The notes beneath the pieces are model-generated. The model was not told the DNA's origin. It ran no database searches and worked only from the letters and a program-made list of their open reading frames with translations. From positions 1 to 64,000 of the forward strand of contig JBKBRF010000038.1 of the NCBI GenBank assembly GCA_046292385.1: a stretch of DNA of 64,000 bases. The letters are read 5' to 3'. The stretch is from Armatimonadota bacterium (lineage in GTDB: Bacteria > Armatimonadota > SYMT01). Both the position numbers and the translations under genes were made by a program. Positions 34,975-48,047 of this stretch are shown here, piece by piece. The number at the start of each line of letters is the position of its first letter. The stretch's first letter is position 1.

Positions 34975-34991
34975 TGCAACTTTCGTGCCAG
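34975..34991 (-). promoter_or_regulatory. Sigma-54 (-24/-12) promoter facing the S8 peptidase gene
   Basis: Minus strand CTGGCACGAAAGTTGCA matches YTGGCACGRNNNTTGCW. Confidence 0.7.
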
Positions 34992-35071
34992 ATAGGTCCG
35001 TCGCAGCCCAGCCACGCCGGGAAGGAGGAATGCTCTGGGATGGGGAAGGCTTCGGCGGAGTATCCTCGCTT

Positions 35072-36382
35072 ATGTCTCTCTGGAATCGTCTCTCTGCCCC
35101 GCACCGGGGCCGCCTGCTGCTCGCCGCCCTGATCGTGGCCGGCTGCTCGACCGCCGCGCTGGTGGATGCCCGCATGGAAAGTCCGTCGGAGCCGCGCTGG
35201 TGGAAGGGCAACCTGCACACCCACTCGCTCTGGAGCGACGGCGATGACTACCCGGAGATGATCGTCGACTGGTACAGGCAGCGCGGCTACCAGTTCCTGG
35301 CGCTCTCGGACCACAACGTCCTCTCCGAAGGGGAGCGCTGGATCGACGCGGAGAAGAACCGCGGCGGGGGAGCGGCGCTGGAGAAGTATCGGAAGCGCTT
35401 CGGCAGCGAGTGGGTGGAGGAGCGGACCGCCGCGGGCAAGACGCAGGTGCGGCTGAAGCCGATCGGGGAGTACCGCCACCTGTTCGAGGAGCCGAACCGC
35501 TTCCTGTTGATCCAGAGTGAAGAGATCACCGACTCGTTCCAGCGCAAGCCGATCCACATGAACGCGCACAACCTCCGGGAGCTGATCAAGCCGCAGGGCG
35601 GCAAGAGCGTGACGGAGGTGATGCAGAACAACGTGAACGCGGTGCTGGAGCAGCGCCGGCGCACGGGGCAGCCGATGTTTCCCCACCTGAACCATCCCAA
35701 CTTCGGCTGGGCGGTGACGGCGGAGGACATGCTCCCGCTGCGGGGCGAGCGCTTCTTCGAGGTCTACAACGGCCATCCGGCGGTCTACAACTACGGCGAC
35801 GACCAGCACGCCGGCACGGAGCGGATCTGGGACATCCTGCTCTCCCAGCGGCTGGCGGAGCCGGGCGGCGAGGTGATGTACGGGCTCGCCACGGACGACT
35901 CCCACCAGTACCACTCCAGCTCCATCAAGCTCAGCAACCCCGGCCGCGGCTGGGTCACGGTGCGGGCGCGGAAGCTGACCCCGGAGGCGATCATCCACGC
36001 GATGGAGGCGGGGGAATTCTACGCTTCCACCGGCGTGGAGCTGGCCGACGTCTCCCGGGAGACCTCTCGCTACGCCCTCAAGATCAAGGGAGAGCGCGGC
36101 GTCAGCTACCGCACGCAGTTCATCGGCACGCGGAAGGGCTTCGACCGCACCAGCACCCCGGTCCGCGGGAAGGACGGTCAGCCGCTGCCGGTCACCCGCC
36201 GCTACAGCCGGGAAATCGGCGTGGTGCTGGCCGAAGTGCCCGGCACCTCCCCCACTTACACGCTAAAAGGCGACGAGCTGTACGTCCGCGCCAAGGTAAT
36301 CTCCACCCGGCCGCAGCAAAACCCGTTCCGGGAAGGCGACACCGAGGTAGCGTGGACCCAGCCGCTGGTCCCATCCCGATAG
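35072..36382 (+). CDS. Secreted PHP-domain metallohydrolase (histidinol-phosphatase-like)
   Basis: WWKGNLHTHSLWSDG, LSDHN, NHPNF, EVYNGH, TDDSH. Confidence 0.85.
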   Translation: MSLWNRLSAPHRGRLLLAALIVAGCSTAALVDARMESPSEPRWWKGNLHTHSLWSDGDDYPEMIVDWYRQRGYQFLALSDHNVLSEGERWIDAEKNRGGGAALEKYRKRFGSEWVEERTAAGKTQVRLKPIGEYRHLFEEPNRFLLIQSEEITDSFQRKPIHMNAHNLRELIKPQGGKSVTEVMQNNVNAVLEQRRRTGQPMFPHLNHPNFGWAVTAEDMLPLRGERFFEVYNGHPAVYNYGDDQHAGTERIWDILLSQRLAEPGGEVMYGLATDDSHQYHSSSIKLSNPGRGWVTVRARKLTPEAIIHAMEAGEFYASTGVELADVSRETSRYALKIKGERGVSYRTQFIGTRKGFDRTSTPVRGKDGQPLPVTRRYSREIGVVLAEVPGTSPTYTLKGDELYVRAKVISTRPQQNPFREGDTEVAWTQPLVPSR

Positions 36383-36433
36383 GTTGAGCTCGCGGACCCC
36401 TGTGGACGGCGCGACTCTGGAGGGGCCACCGGC

Positions 36434-38935
36434 GTGAGCGAGCGGTCAGAAGAACGCATCCTGATCCTCACCCCGGTGGGGGATCCCGACCTCGGGGTGG
36501 GCCCCCTGCTGCGCGCCGGCACCGCCCTCCCGGTTCAGGACTTCCAGGACCTCGAGCGCCTCTCCGCATCGCTCGACGCCGGGGTCGCGGCGGTACTGCT
36601 GACCGGCGCGTGGGACCGCTCTCCGGGCGCGGAGCGCTTTCAAGCGTGGGTCGAACGCCAGCCGGCCTGGTCGGAGCTTCCGATTCTGGTGGTCGTCTCC
36701 GGCGACGATCGCACCCGCTCCTCCCGGGCCTGGCGGCGCCTCGGCAACGTCACGCTGCTCGAGCCGCCGCTGCGAGACTCCACTCTCTCCACCGCCGTGC
36801 AGGCTGCGCTGCGCTCGCGCCGCCGACAGTACCAGATCCGGGAGCACCTGCGGGAGCGCGAGGCAGCCGCGGCGGCGCTCCGCGAGAGCGAGGAGCGACT
36901 CCGCTTCTCACTCGAAGCGGGAAACCTGGGCTTCTGGCAGCACGACCTTCAGACCGATCAGCTCCTCTGCTCTGAGCGCTGTAAGGCCCACTTCGGGCGC
37001 CCGCCTCACGAGCCGCTCTCCCACGAGGAGATCCTCTCGATCGTGCATCCGGACGACCGGGAGCGTGCCCGGCTGACGATCGGCCGGGCCGTGAGTGCGG
37101 GCGAGAGCTACGTGCTGGAATACCGCGTGGTCTGGCGGGACGGAAGCGTGCACTGGCTGATGGTGAGGGGACGGGCCAGCTACGACGACGCCGGACAGCC
37201 GGTGAGCACGTTCGGCGTGACGCTCGACGTGACGCAGCGAATGGAGGCGGAGCGTCGTCAGGCGCAGCAAGCCGAGCGGCTGCGGCTCCTCTCGGAAAGC
37301 GCCGGGCGGCTCCTGGCGGCGGAGAGCCGGGACGACCTGGTGGCAGAGCTCTTCTCGCGCGTCCGGGAGAGCCTGGGCCTCGACCTCTACCTCTACCATG
37401 CGGCAGACGCCGACCGTGGAACGCTCCGGCTGGGCTCCTGCGCCGGAGTACCGGAAGGGGTGGCAAGCCGGCTCCGGGAGCCGTCGCTCGGTGAGGGCAG
37501 CTCCCGAGGCGAATCCGGGACGAGAGCCCCACTGACGCGCGCAGAGGTCGAGACCGCGGCGGTTGCGTGGGCAGGATTGTTGAGCGAGGCGGGAGTGCGC
37601 GCCTTCACCTGCCAGCCGCTGCTGGTGGGGGATCGGCTGCTCGGAACCCTCGCGTTCGGCGCGCGAGACCAGTCGGAGTTCTCGGACGAGCAGATCGCGT
37701 TTCTTCGGACGGTCTGTGACTACGTCGCCATCGCCATGGAGCGCGTGCGGGTGGAGGAAAGCCTGCGGGAGAGCTCGCGGCGTAAGGACGAGTTCGTCGC
37801 CATGCTGGCGCACGAGTTGCGGAATCCGCTGGCCCCGGTCACGAACGCGCTGGAGATCATGCGCGCGAGACCCGGCCGGGAGACCGGAGAGCGCGCACGG
37901 AAAGTGATCGACCGCCAGATCCGCCACATGACGCGGCTAATCGACGATCTCCTCGATATCTCCCGCGTCAACACCGGAAAGATCACACTCAGGCGCGAGC
38001 GCCTGGACCTCTCCGAGGCGCTCCGGCAGGCGGTGGAAGGAGTGCGCGGCCTCGTCGCGCAGGCGGGTCACACGCTGGAGATGACGCTGCCGGGCCAACC
38101 GGTCTGGGTAGAGGTCGATCCGGTGCGCCTGGAGCAGCTGGTGAGTAACCTGCTCAGCAACTCCGCCAAGTACACCGAGAGCGGCGGCCGGATCGAGGTG
38201 ACGCTGAGTTCGGAGGGCTCCTCTGCCCGGATCAGCGTCCGCGATACCGGGATCGGGATCGGCCCCGAGCTGCTGCCGCGGGTGTTCGACCTGTTCACCC
38301 AGGGCGAGCGCGGGCTCGACCGGTCCCAGGGTGGGCTCGGCCTCGGCCTGGCACTGGTGAGCAGCATCGCGCGGCTGCATGGCGGGGAGGTGGAGGCGCG
38401 GAGTGCGGGGCACGGGCAGGGTAGCGAGTTCGTGGTCACCCTCCCCCTCGCGCCCGCCGCGGCGCCCGAGAGCCTGCCGGCTCCGGTTACTGAGCTGCCG
38501 TCACGCCGCCGACCACCGCTCGCGGTTCCCCCTGCTTGCCGGCTGCTTGTCGTCGACGACAACCGCGACTCCGCGGAGACCCTGGCGGAGCTGGCGCAGC
38601 TCTGGGGCTTCGAGATCGACACTGCCTACGATGGAGTGTCGGCACTCCATCGCGCCTCGGCATGGCTGCCAGAGCTGATACTCCTGGACATCGGGATGCC
38701 CGGCCTGAGCGGATATGAAGTGGCGCGCCAGCTTCGACAGGACGCTCGCTTCTCGAACGCCACCCTGATCGCCGTGAGCGGCTATGGACAGTCGGAAGAC
38801 CTGGAGCGTTCCCGCGCTGCCGGTTTCGACCACCATGTGGTCAAGCCGGTCGATCCTGGCAAGCTCGAGCGACTGCTCCGCGACGCGGCGGAGCAGCGAA
38901 CTGGCCGCAGCGGCGAGAGCAGCCAGCTTCCCTGA
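36434..38935 (+). CDS. Hybrid sensor histidine kinase (pseudo-REC, PAS, GAF, HisKA, HATPase, REC)
   Basis: [20 protein letters not shown]-box, [30 protein letters not shown]. Confidence 0.95.
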   Translation: MSERSEERILILTPVGDPDLGVGPLLRAGTALPVQDFQDLERLSASLDAGVAAVLLTGAWDRSPGAERFQAWVERQPAWSELPILVVVSGDDRTRSSRAWRRLGNVTLLEPPLRDSTLSTAVQAALRSRRRQYQIREHLREREAAAAALRESEERLRFSLEAGNLGFWQHDLQTDQLLCSERCKAHFGRPPHEPLSHEEILSIVHPDDRERARLTIGRAVSAGESYVLEYRVVWRDGSVHWLMVRGRASYDDAGQPVSTFGVTLDVTQRMEAERRQAQQAERLRLLSESAGRLLAAESRDDLVAELFSRVRESLGLDLYLYHAADADRGTLRLGSCAGVPEGVASRLREPSLGEGSSRGESGTRAPLTRAEVETAAVAWAGLLSEAGVRAFTCQPLLVGDRLLGTLAFGARDQSEFSDEQIAFLRTVCDYVAIAMERVRVEESLRESSRRKDEFVAMLAHELRNPLAPVTNALEIMRARPGRETGERARKVIDRQIRHMTRLIDDLLDISRVNTGKITLRRERLDLSEALRQAVEGVRGLVAQAGHTLEMTLPGQPVWVEVDPVRLEQLVSNLLSNSAKYTESGGRIEVTLSSEGSSARISVRDTGIGIGPELLPRVFDLFTQGERGLDRSQGGLGLGLALVSSIARLHGGEVEARSAGHGQGSEFVVTLPLAPAAAPESLPAPVTELPSRRRPPLAVPPACRLLVVDDNRDSAETLAELAQLWGFEIDTAYDGVSALHRASAWLPELILLDIGMPGLSGYEVARQLRQDARFSNATLIAVSGYGQSEDLERSRAAGFDHHVVKPVDPGKLERLLRDAAEQRTGRSGESSQLP

Positions 38936-38962
38936 GCCGGGCGACCGGTCCGCTGCCAGCCG

Positions 38963-39532
38963 TCACGCCGGGGGTGCGTGGGCGGCAGAGTCCCGGGAAA
39001 GTTCGTCCCACTCCTCCCGCGACAGCACGAAGAGCTCCAGCTCCTGCTGGTACGCCTCGATCCGGCCCTCCAGGCGCATCCCCAGGCGGCGGGCGACCGC
39101 GAGGGAGCGGTGGTTCAGCGGGTGGACCACCGCCACGATCCGCTCCAGTCCCCGCACGTGGAAGCCGTAGTCGAGCGTGCCCCGCGCCGCCTCCGTGGCG
39201 TAGCCGCGGCCCCACGCCCACTTCGCCAGGTGCCAGCCGACCTCCACCTCCGGGTGCCCCGGCAGCGGCTTGAGGAGGACGGTACCGGCGAGGCGGCCCT
39301 CGTCTCGCGTCACGACGGCCCAGAAGCCTGGGGGCTCCACGCCGCCGTGCTCCCGCTCCCACCGCTTCTCCAGGTGCGCGCGCAGCGAGGCGACGTCCGG
39401 GTGCGGGTTCCCGCCCAGGAAGTGCATCACCTCCGGGTCGCCGTAGAGCGCGAACGCCTCCTCCGCGTCGTCGGGCGTATACTCCCGGATCGTCAGGCGG
39501 GGGGTCTGGAAGATCGTCTCGGGGTGTTTCAT
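38963..39532 (-). CDS. GNAT N-acetyltransferase (RimJ/RimL family)
   Basis: TPRLTIR, EVGWHL, WGRGYATEAA, NHRSLAVARRLGM. Confidence 0.92.
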   Translation of the reverse strand: MKHPETIFQTPRLTIREYTPDDAEEAFALYGDPEVMHFLGGNPHPDVASLRAHLEKRWEREHGGVEPPGFWAVVTRDEGRLAGTVLLKPLPGHPEVEVGWHLAKWAWGRGYATEAARGTLDYGFHVRGLERIVAVVHPLNHRSLAVARRLGMRLEGRIEAYQQELELFVLSREEWDELSRDSAAHAPPA

Positions 39533-39655
39533 GGCTTTGCGTAGGCGCCGTGCGCGAATGCGATCTGCCGCAGTGTTCCGCTTCAAGCGAGTAGACGCCT
39601 ACCTCTCAAGCCAGGAGACGGCGCAGAAAGTATATACAAACGAAGCCCGGGGCCT

Positions 39656-39680
39656 TATACTGGTTAAACGGTCGTTTAAC
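39656..39680 (+). promoter_or_regulatory. Efflux operon -10 box with adjacent TetR-type operator
   Basis: TATACT (39656-39661) followed by palindrome GTTAAACG-GT-CGTTTAAC (39663-39680). Confidence 0.75.
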
Positions 39681-39724
39681 TCCCCTCCGGCGACCGCCTG
39701 CTGCATTTTAGGAGCTCCCGAGTT

Positions 39725-41509
39725 ATGGCATCCGACGCCACCTCTCTGTTTCCGTCCCGCCGGTCTCCCGTCCGCTACCTGGCCATCCTGCTGCTGCTCG
39801 TCGCCGCGGCGGGCGTCTTCTTCTGGTTCAAGGGCGCTTCGGGCGCCGCGGCCGGCGCCCAGGGTGAGAAGAAGGAAGAGCAGGCCGCCGCAGCCGCCGC
39901 GCCGGTCGAAGTGACCGTCGAGCCGGTCGCCGCTTCCACCCTCACCGAGCCGCTGCGGGTCACCGGCACGCTCAAGACCGATGAGACGGTCACGCTCTCC
40001 ACCAAGGCGACCGGTATGGTCGAGCACGTCTACGTGAAGGAAGGCGACCGCGTGAAGCGCGGCCAGCTCCTGGTGGTGATCGACGACAGCGATATCCGCG
40101 CGCAGCGCGACCGCGCGGTAGCGGCGGTATCCGCCGGCCAGGCGCAGCTCGCCACCGCGCAGGCGCAGGTGCGCACCGCGCAGGCCAAGCTGGCACAGGC
40201 CCGCACCGGTAAGGGGATCAAGGACGCCGCCGCGCAGGCGGAGTTCCGCCGTGCGGAAGAGGCGCTCGCCACCGCGAAGACCCGGCTGTCCCAGGCGAAG
40301 TCGCTCTCCGGCATCACCAACACCGAGTCGGAGACGCGGGTTTCCTCCGCCCGGGCGGCGCTGCAGTCGGCCCGGGAGCGGCTGAAGATCCTTCAGGAAG
40401 GCTCCCGCCGGCAGGAGAAGGCCTCCGCGGAGGCGGCGGTCGGCCGGGCACGCGCGCAGGTGGCGCTGATGAAGAGCATGCTGGAGCGCCGGCAGCAGCT
40501 TCTCCAGGAAAAGGCGATCGCCCGGGAGCAGGTCGACGCCGCCCAGCGCGACTACGAGGTGGCGGTGACCGACCTGGAAGCGGCCCGCCAGCAGCTCAGC
40601 CTGGTGCAGGAAGGACCGCGCGGCGAAGAGATCCGCGTGGCGGAGGAAGCGGTGCGGCAGTCGGAGGCGGCCCTGCGGGACGCCGAGGCGAACCAGGCGC
40701 GGCGCAGCATTGGCAACGAAGACGTGGAGGCGGCCGAGGCGACGGTCCGCCAGGCGGAGGCCGCGCTGGAGTCGGCGCGCGCCAACCTGGCGCAGGAGCA
40801 GGTCACCGAAGACGACATCCGCAGCGCCGAGGCGGCGGTCAGCTCCGCGCAGGCGTCGGTGGCGCAGGCCCGGGCGGCAATCCGGCAGGCGCAGGCCGAC
40901 GTGCGGTTCCAGGACCAGCTCAGCGAGCAGACCCGCATCTACAGCCCCGTGAATGGGGTGGTGACGAAGCGGCAGGTCCAGACCGGCGCGGCGGTGGTGC
41001 AGATGCGCAACGAGCTGCTCACGCTGGTGAGCGCTGACACGCTCTACTTCGAGGCGACCGCGCCGGAAACGGCGCTGCCGCAGCTCCGCGCCGGGCTCCC
41101 GGCGCAGGTGATGCTCGACTCGGTGCCGGGCAAGACCTTCCCCGGCGTGCTGCGAGAGATCATCGCGGTGGCGGAAGGGACCAACCGCTCCGTGCGGCTG
41201 CGGATCTCCTTCAAGCGGCCGGCCGAGAGCGCCACGGTGGTCGGCGGCTTCGCCCGCGCGATGATCCGCGGCTCGTCCTCCACCCCTACCCTCTCCGTGC
41301 CGCGGACCGCGCTCACCTCGGATGACGGCCAGTTCGCCGTCTTCGTGGTGGAGGACGGCCGCGCAGTGCGGCGCCCGGTGATGGTCGGCGATGCCGGCGG
41401 CGTCGGCGAGCGGGTCGCCATCCAGGAAGGCCTGAACGGCGGCGAGCAGGTGGTGGTAGAAGGCGCGGCGAGCCTGGTCGACGGCCAGGAAGTTACGGCC
41501 AAGTCCTAG
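39725..41509 (+). CDS. RND efflux periplasmic adaptor subunit with long coiled coil
   Basis: TM anchor, VKEGDRVKRGQLL lipoyl half, Ala/Gln-rich coil, IYSPVNGVV, C-terminal GLNGGEQVVVEG. Confidence 0.92.
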   Translation: MASDATSLFPSRRSPVRYLAILLLLVAAAGVFFWFKGASGAAAGAQGEKKEEQAAAAAAPVEVTVEPVAASTLTEPLRVTGTLKTDETVTLSTKATGMVEHVYVKEGDRVKRGQLLVVIDDSDIRAQRDRAVAAVSAGQAQLATAQAQVRTAQAKLAQARTGKGIKDAAAQAEFRRAEEALATAKTRLSQAKSLSGITNTESETRVSSARAALQSARERLKILQEGSRRQEKASAEAAVGRARAQVALMKSMLERRQQLLQEKAIAREQVDAAQRDYEVAVTDLEAARQQLSLVQEGPRGEEIRVAEEAVRQSEAALRDAEANQARRSIGNEDVEAAEATVRQAEAALESARANLAQEQVTEDDIRSAEAAVSSAQASVAQARAAIRQAQADVRFQDQLSEQTRIYSPVNGVVTKRQVQTGAAVVQMRNELLTLVSADTLYFEATAPETALPQLRAGLPAQVMLDSVPGKTFPGVLREIIAVAEGTNRSVRLRISFKRPAESATVVGGFARAMIRGSSSTPTLSVPRTALTSDDGQFAVFVVEDGRAVRRPVMVGDAGGVGERVAIQEGLNGGEQVVVEGAASLVDGQEVTAKS

Positions 41510-41604
41510 GCCGGACCGCGGGGAGGCCGGTGCTGAGCTCCGGCCTCCCCCAGCCCTGCAGCCGACACCCCGAACCCTAAACCCTTTCCCCTGGACCCTT
41601 AGAC

Positions 41605-44790
<3,186 letters not shown>

Positions 44791-44895
44791 CATCGAGCGG
44801 AGAATAGGCGCAAGGGAGAGTGGGCGAGCTTCGCCGCTCTCCCGTCCACCCGCTCCAACCAATCAATCGCTGAATCGACCGATCGAGGATTTGGA

Positions 44896-46443
44896 ATGTC
44901 GCACTCTCCCCGAGTGGCTGCGGCCCTCGCCCTGCTAACGGCAGCGGCGGGGGCGGCCGCGGCGCAGGCCCCTGAACAGAACCCCACCCCGCCGGCGCAG
45001 CCCGGCGCCCCGGCCCAGCCTGCAACCCCCGCGCAGCCCGGCACCCCGGCGCAGCCCGGTGAGGCCGCGGCGGGGGCGGCCCGCACCACTCCGCTGACAC
45101 TGGACGAGGCGGTGCGCCGCGCGCTCCGCGAGAACCCGTCCGTAACGGAAGCCCAGGCCGCGATCCGCCGGGCGGAGGCGGTGGTGGCGGAGGTCCGCTC
45201 CTTCCGGCTGCCGCGGCTGGACGGCAACGCGCGCTTCAGCCTGCAGGGACCGATCCCCAGCTTCACCATCACCCAGCCGCCGACCGCGCCCGGACAGCCG
45301 GCGCGGCAGCAGACGATTAGCCTGGGGCGGCGCTTCACCCGCCAGTTCGACGTCACCGGCAGCTACAACCCGGATCTCTCCGGCACGATCAGCGCGCAGC
45401 GCCGCGCCGCGCAGGGCCAGGTGAACGTGGCGGAGGGGAGCTTCCTCGCCACCCAGAACGAGCTGGTCTTCGCGGTGCAGAACGTCTACCTGGCCGCGCT
45501 GCGGGCGCAGGAGCTGATCGGCGTACAGCAGGAGGCGATCGAGGCGGCGCAGGAGCAGCTCCGCGTGGCGGAGGCCCGCTTCCGCGCCGGCACCGCTCCG
45601 GAGTTCGACGTGCTCCGGAGCCGGGTGCAGGTGGAGAACGTGCGGCAGAACCTGGTCTCCGCGCAGGCGCAGTTCCGCCGGACGGTCGCCAGCCTCTCCC
45701 AGCTCCTGAGCCTCGAAGGCGGCGTGAGCCCCACCCTCTCCCCCGTCGCGCTGCCGCCGGAATCGGATAACGTCGCCAGCTCGCTGGCACGGCGGCTGCT
45801 CGACCCGCTCCCGGCCGCGGGGACGGCTCAAGAGCCGCTGCCCGGCTCGCTCGAAGCGGCGCTGAACGAGGCGTTTAATCAGCGTCCGGAGATCTACCGC
45901 GCCGTCTGGGCCCGGCGGGCCGCGGAGGCGCGGGTCGACGTCGCCCGCCGGGGCCGCCGGCCGGAAGTCGACATCGCCGCCACCTACTCCCACACGCCGG
46001 ACGCCACCGGCTTCGCGGCGATCGAGAACAGCTGGACCCTGCTGGCGAACGTGACGGTCCCGATCTGGGATGCGGGGCTGACGCGCGCCCGCACGCAGCA
46101 GGCGAGGGCCGACGTTACCGCGGCGAGCTCGCAGCTCGAGGCAGCGCGCGACATCGTGGCGCAGGAAGTGCAGACGGCGCTGGTGTCGCTGGAGGATGCC
46201 GCGGAGCGGCGCCGCGCAGCGGCCGCGAACACGGCACAGGCCCGCGAGGCGCTGCGGATCGCGCGCGTCCGCTACGACGCCGGCATCGCCGACAACGTGG
46301 AAGTGACCGACGCGGAAGCCGCCCTCACGCAGGCGCGGGCGAATGAGGTGAACGCCGCCTACGACTACCTCGCCGCGCTGGCGGACTTCAACCGCAGCCT
46401 GGGCCGGTATGCCGGGGAGGCGCTGACCGCTCTCGCCCGCTGA
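44896..46443 (+). CDS. TolC-family outer membrane protein
   Basis: Signal peptide, LTLDEAVRRALRENP, two OEP repeats (ARFRAG, RVRYDAG). Confidence 0.9.
   Translation: MSHSPRVAAALALLTAAAGAAAAQAPEQNPTPPAQPGAPAQPATPAQPGTPAQPGEAAAGAARTTPLTLDEAVRRALRENPSVTEAQAAIRRAEAVVAEVRSFRLPRLDGNARFSLQGPIPSFTITQPPTAPGQPARQQTISLGRRFTRQFDVTGSYNPDLSGTISAQRRAAQGQVNVAEGSFLATQNELVFAVQNVYLAALRAQELIGVQQEAIEAAQEQLRVAEARFRAGTAPEFDVLRSRVQVENVRQNLVSAQAQFRRTVASLSQLLSLEGGVSPTLSPVALPPESDNVASSLARRLLDPLPAAGTAQEPLPGSLEAALNEAFNQRPEIYRAVWARRAAEARVDVARRGRRPEVDIAATYSHTPDATGFAAIENSWTLLANVTVPIWDAGLTRARTQQARADVTAASSQLEAARDIVAQEVQTALVSLEDAAERRRAAAANTAQAREALRIARVRYDAGIADNVEVTDAEAALTQARANEVNAAYDYLAALADFNRSLGRYAGEALTALAR
44989..45060 (+). 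repeat. Coding 18-bp tandem repeat, (xPAQPG)x4
   Basis: PPAQPG APAQPA TPAQPG TPAQPG linker after the TolC signal peptide. Confidence 0.75.
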
Positions 46444-46519
46444 GGAGGCGATTGCAGACGAACGGTGTAAGGATTACTGTCTGTGCCCGGGAATCTGTAC
46501 CCCTCGGGCACGCTTAGCC

Positions 46520-47116
46520 ATGTCAAAGATACCTGCGCCCGAGATTACTGACGCGCGCGACCGGATCCTCCGCGCGGCGGAGAAGCTGTTCGCCCGGAAG
46601 GGATACGCCGCCACTTCGGTCCACGAGATCACCAACGCGGCCGAGGTAAACCGCGCGCTGCTCTACTACTACTTCGAGGACAAGCACGCCCTTTACATGG
46701 CGCTGATCGACGAGGGGGTGGCGCACTTCCGGCAGATGCTGAAGCGCGCGCTCGCCTCGCCGGGCAGCTACTCGGACCGGCTCGCCGCCTTCGTGCGCGG
46801 TCACCTGGAGCTGATCCGCACCCGGCCGGACCACGCGCGGATGGTCCACCGCTGCCTCCTGGACCGCCATCAGGAGGAGTTCGGCCTGGTGGAGAAGTTC
46901 CAGGCGAACGTGCAGGTGATCGAGGCGTTCTTCCGCGAGGCGGTAGAGGCCGGGGAGTTCGACGTCGACCGGCCCGAGCTGGCGGCCCGCACCCTGCTCG
47001 GCCCCACCTTCGTCTACTCGCTCTGGCGCGTCTACGAAGGCGACCGCTTTACCCCGGAAGAGCTGGAGCGCCACGTCACCAGCCTGCTCCTCCGCGGCTG
47101 GCAGCGGCACGATTAG
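46520..47116 (+). CDS. TetR/AcrR family regulator
   Basis: RILRAAEKLFARKGYAATSVHEI...ALLYYYFEDKHAL. Confidence 0.95.
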   Translation: MSKIPAPEITDARDRILRAAEKLFARKGYAATSVHEITNAAEVNRALLYYYFEDKHALYMALIDEGVAHFRQMLKRALASPGSYSDRLAAFVRGHLELIRTRPDHARMVHRCLLDRHQEEFGLVEKFQANVQVIEAFFREAVEAGEFDVDRPELAARTLLGPTFVYSLWRVYEGDRFTPEELERHVTSLLLRGWQRHD

Positions 47117-47125
47117 TCGCTGTTT

Positions 47126-47217
47126 GCAGGTTTCAGGTTTCAGGTACCAGGTTCGCGGACTTGCTGACGCGGGATAGGGCTCCAAACCTGCAACCTGCCA
47201 ACTTGCAACTTGCCAAC
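47126..47217. repeat. Facing arrays of CAGGTT(N) and AACCTG(N) short repeats
   Basis: GCAGGTTTCAGGTTTCAGGTACCAGGTT ... AACCTGCAACCTGCCAACTTGCAACTTGCCAAC. Confidence 0.75.
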
Positions 47218-47237
47218 GTGGAACGGATATGCGCGAA

Positions 47238-47261
47238 CGGGCGGCCCAGACGGGCCGCCCG
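47238..47261. terminator. GC-rich hairpin between convergent genes
   Basis: CGGGCGGCCC-AGAC-GGGCCGCCCG. Confidence 0.65.
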
Positions 47262-47289
47262 CTCTGCTTAGAAGCTTCGTCGCCGCGCC

Positions 47290-47874
47290 TTAGCGCATGC
47301 CGCTGTACTCCTGGCGGCTGCCGGCGACGCGCTGGAAGTAGCCGCCGAGCACTTCGTTCGCCGTGGCGACGGCCACCGGCTCCGGCAGCGTGAACTCGGT
47401 GCCGAACTCGCGGGCGGCGCGGAACTCATGGCCGATCTGGTTGAAGTAGATCGGCTTGTTCGTATGGGTGTTGAGAACCCGCAGGTGCAGCACCGAGATC
47501 GGCTCGATCAGGGAATTGTCGGCGTCCGCGTTGGCGGCGGGGATGCCGACGCCCAGGAGCCGCGGATAGGCCACCAGGTCCGCGTTGACCGCCTCGCCGA
47601 AGCGCAGCGCCATCCGGTCCGGATAGTGCCGGTTGTGCTCCAGGTTCATCGCCTCGAAGCGTTGGCGAGACTCGTCCATGGAGATGACGGTGTAGCCGGC
47701 CTCCTCGAACTGGCGCACGAGACCCTCGGTCACGTTCTCAGCGCTCTCCGCGTCGGCGGAGAAGTACTGGGTCGGCATGATCGCGATCGTCGGCTTCCGC
47801 TGGGCGGCGGCGGGGGAGGCGATCACCAGACCAAGTGCGGCGGCACACAGGGCGCCACAGACAGTCCACTTCAT
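47290..47874 (-). CDS. Secreted hypothetical protein (CsgG/TolB-N-like alpha/beta fold possible)
   Basis: AAGGAG RBS, signal MKWTVCG...PAAA, KPTIAIMP first strand. Confidence 0.75.
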   Translation of the reverse strand: MKWTVCGALCAAALGLVIASPAAAQRKPTIAIMPTQYFSADAESAENVTEGLVRQFEEAGYTVISMDESRQRFEAMNLEHNRHYPDRMALRFGEAVNADLVAYPRLLGVGIPAANADADNSLIEPISVLHLRVLNTHTNKPIYFNQIGHEFRAAREFGTEFTLPEPVAVATANEVLGGYFQRVAGSRQEYSGMR

Positions 47875-48047
47875 GGGGTTATCTCCTTGGGAACGCAAGC
47901 GTTGGACTTGCAAACAGGCGGTTAATCACCGAGTATTTACCTGGAGAGCGGCCAGTTAAAACCTCTCCGGAACGGAATCTTCGTCTCAGTTTCGGGAGGA
48001 GCCTCGCAGAGCCGCCGTCCGGGCCTGGCTGCCCACGGAGACACGCA

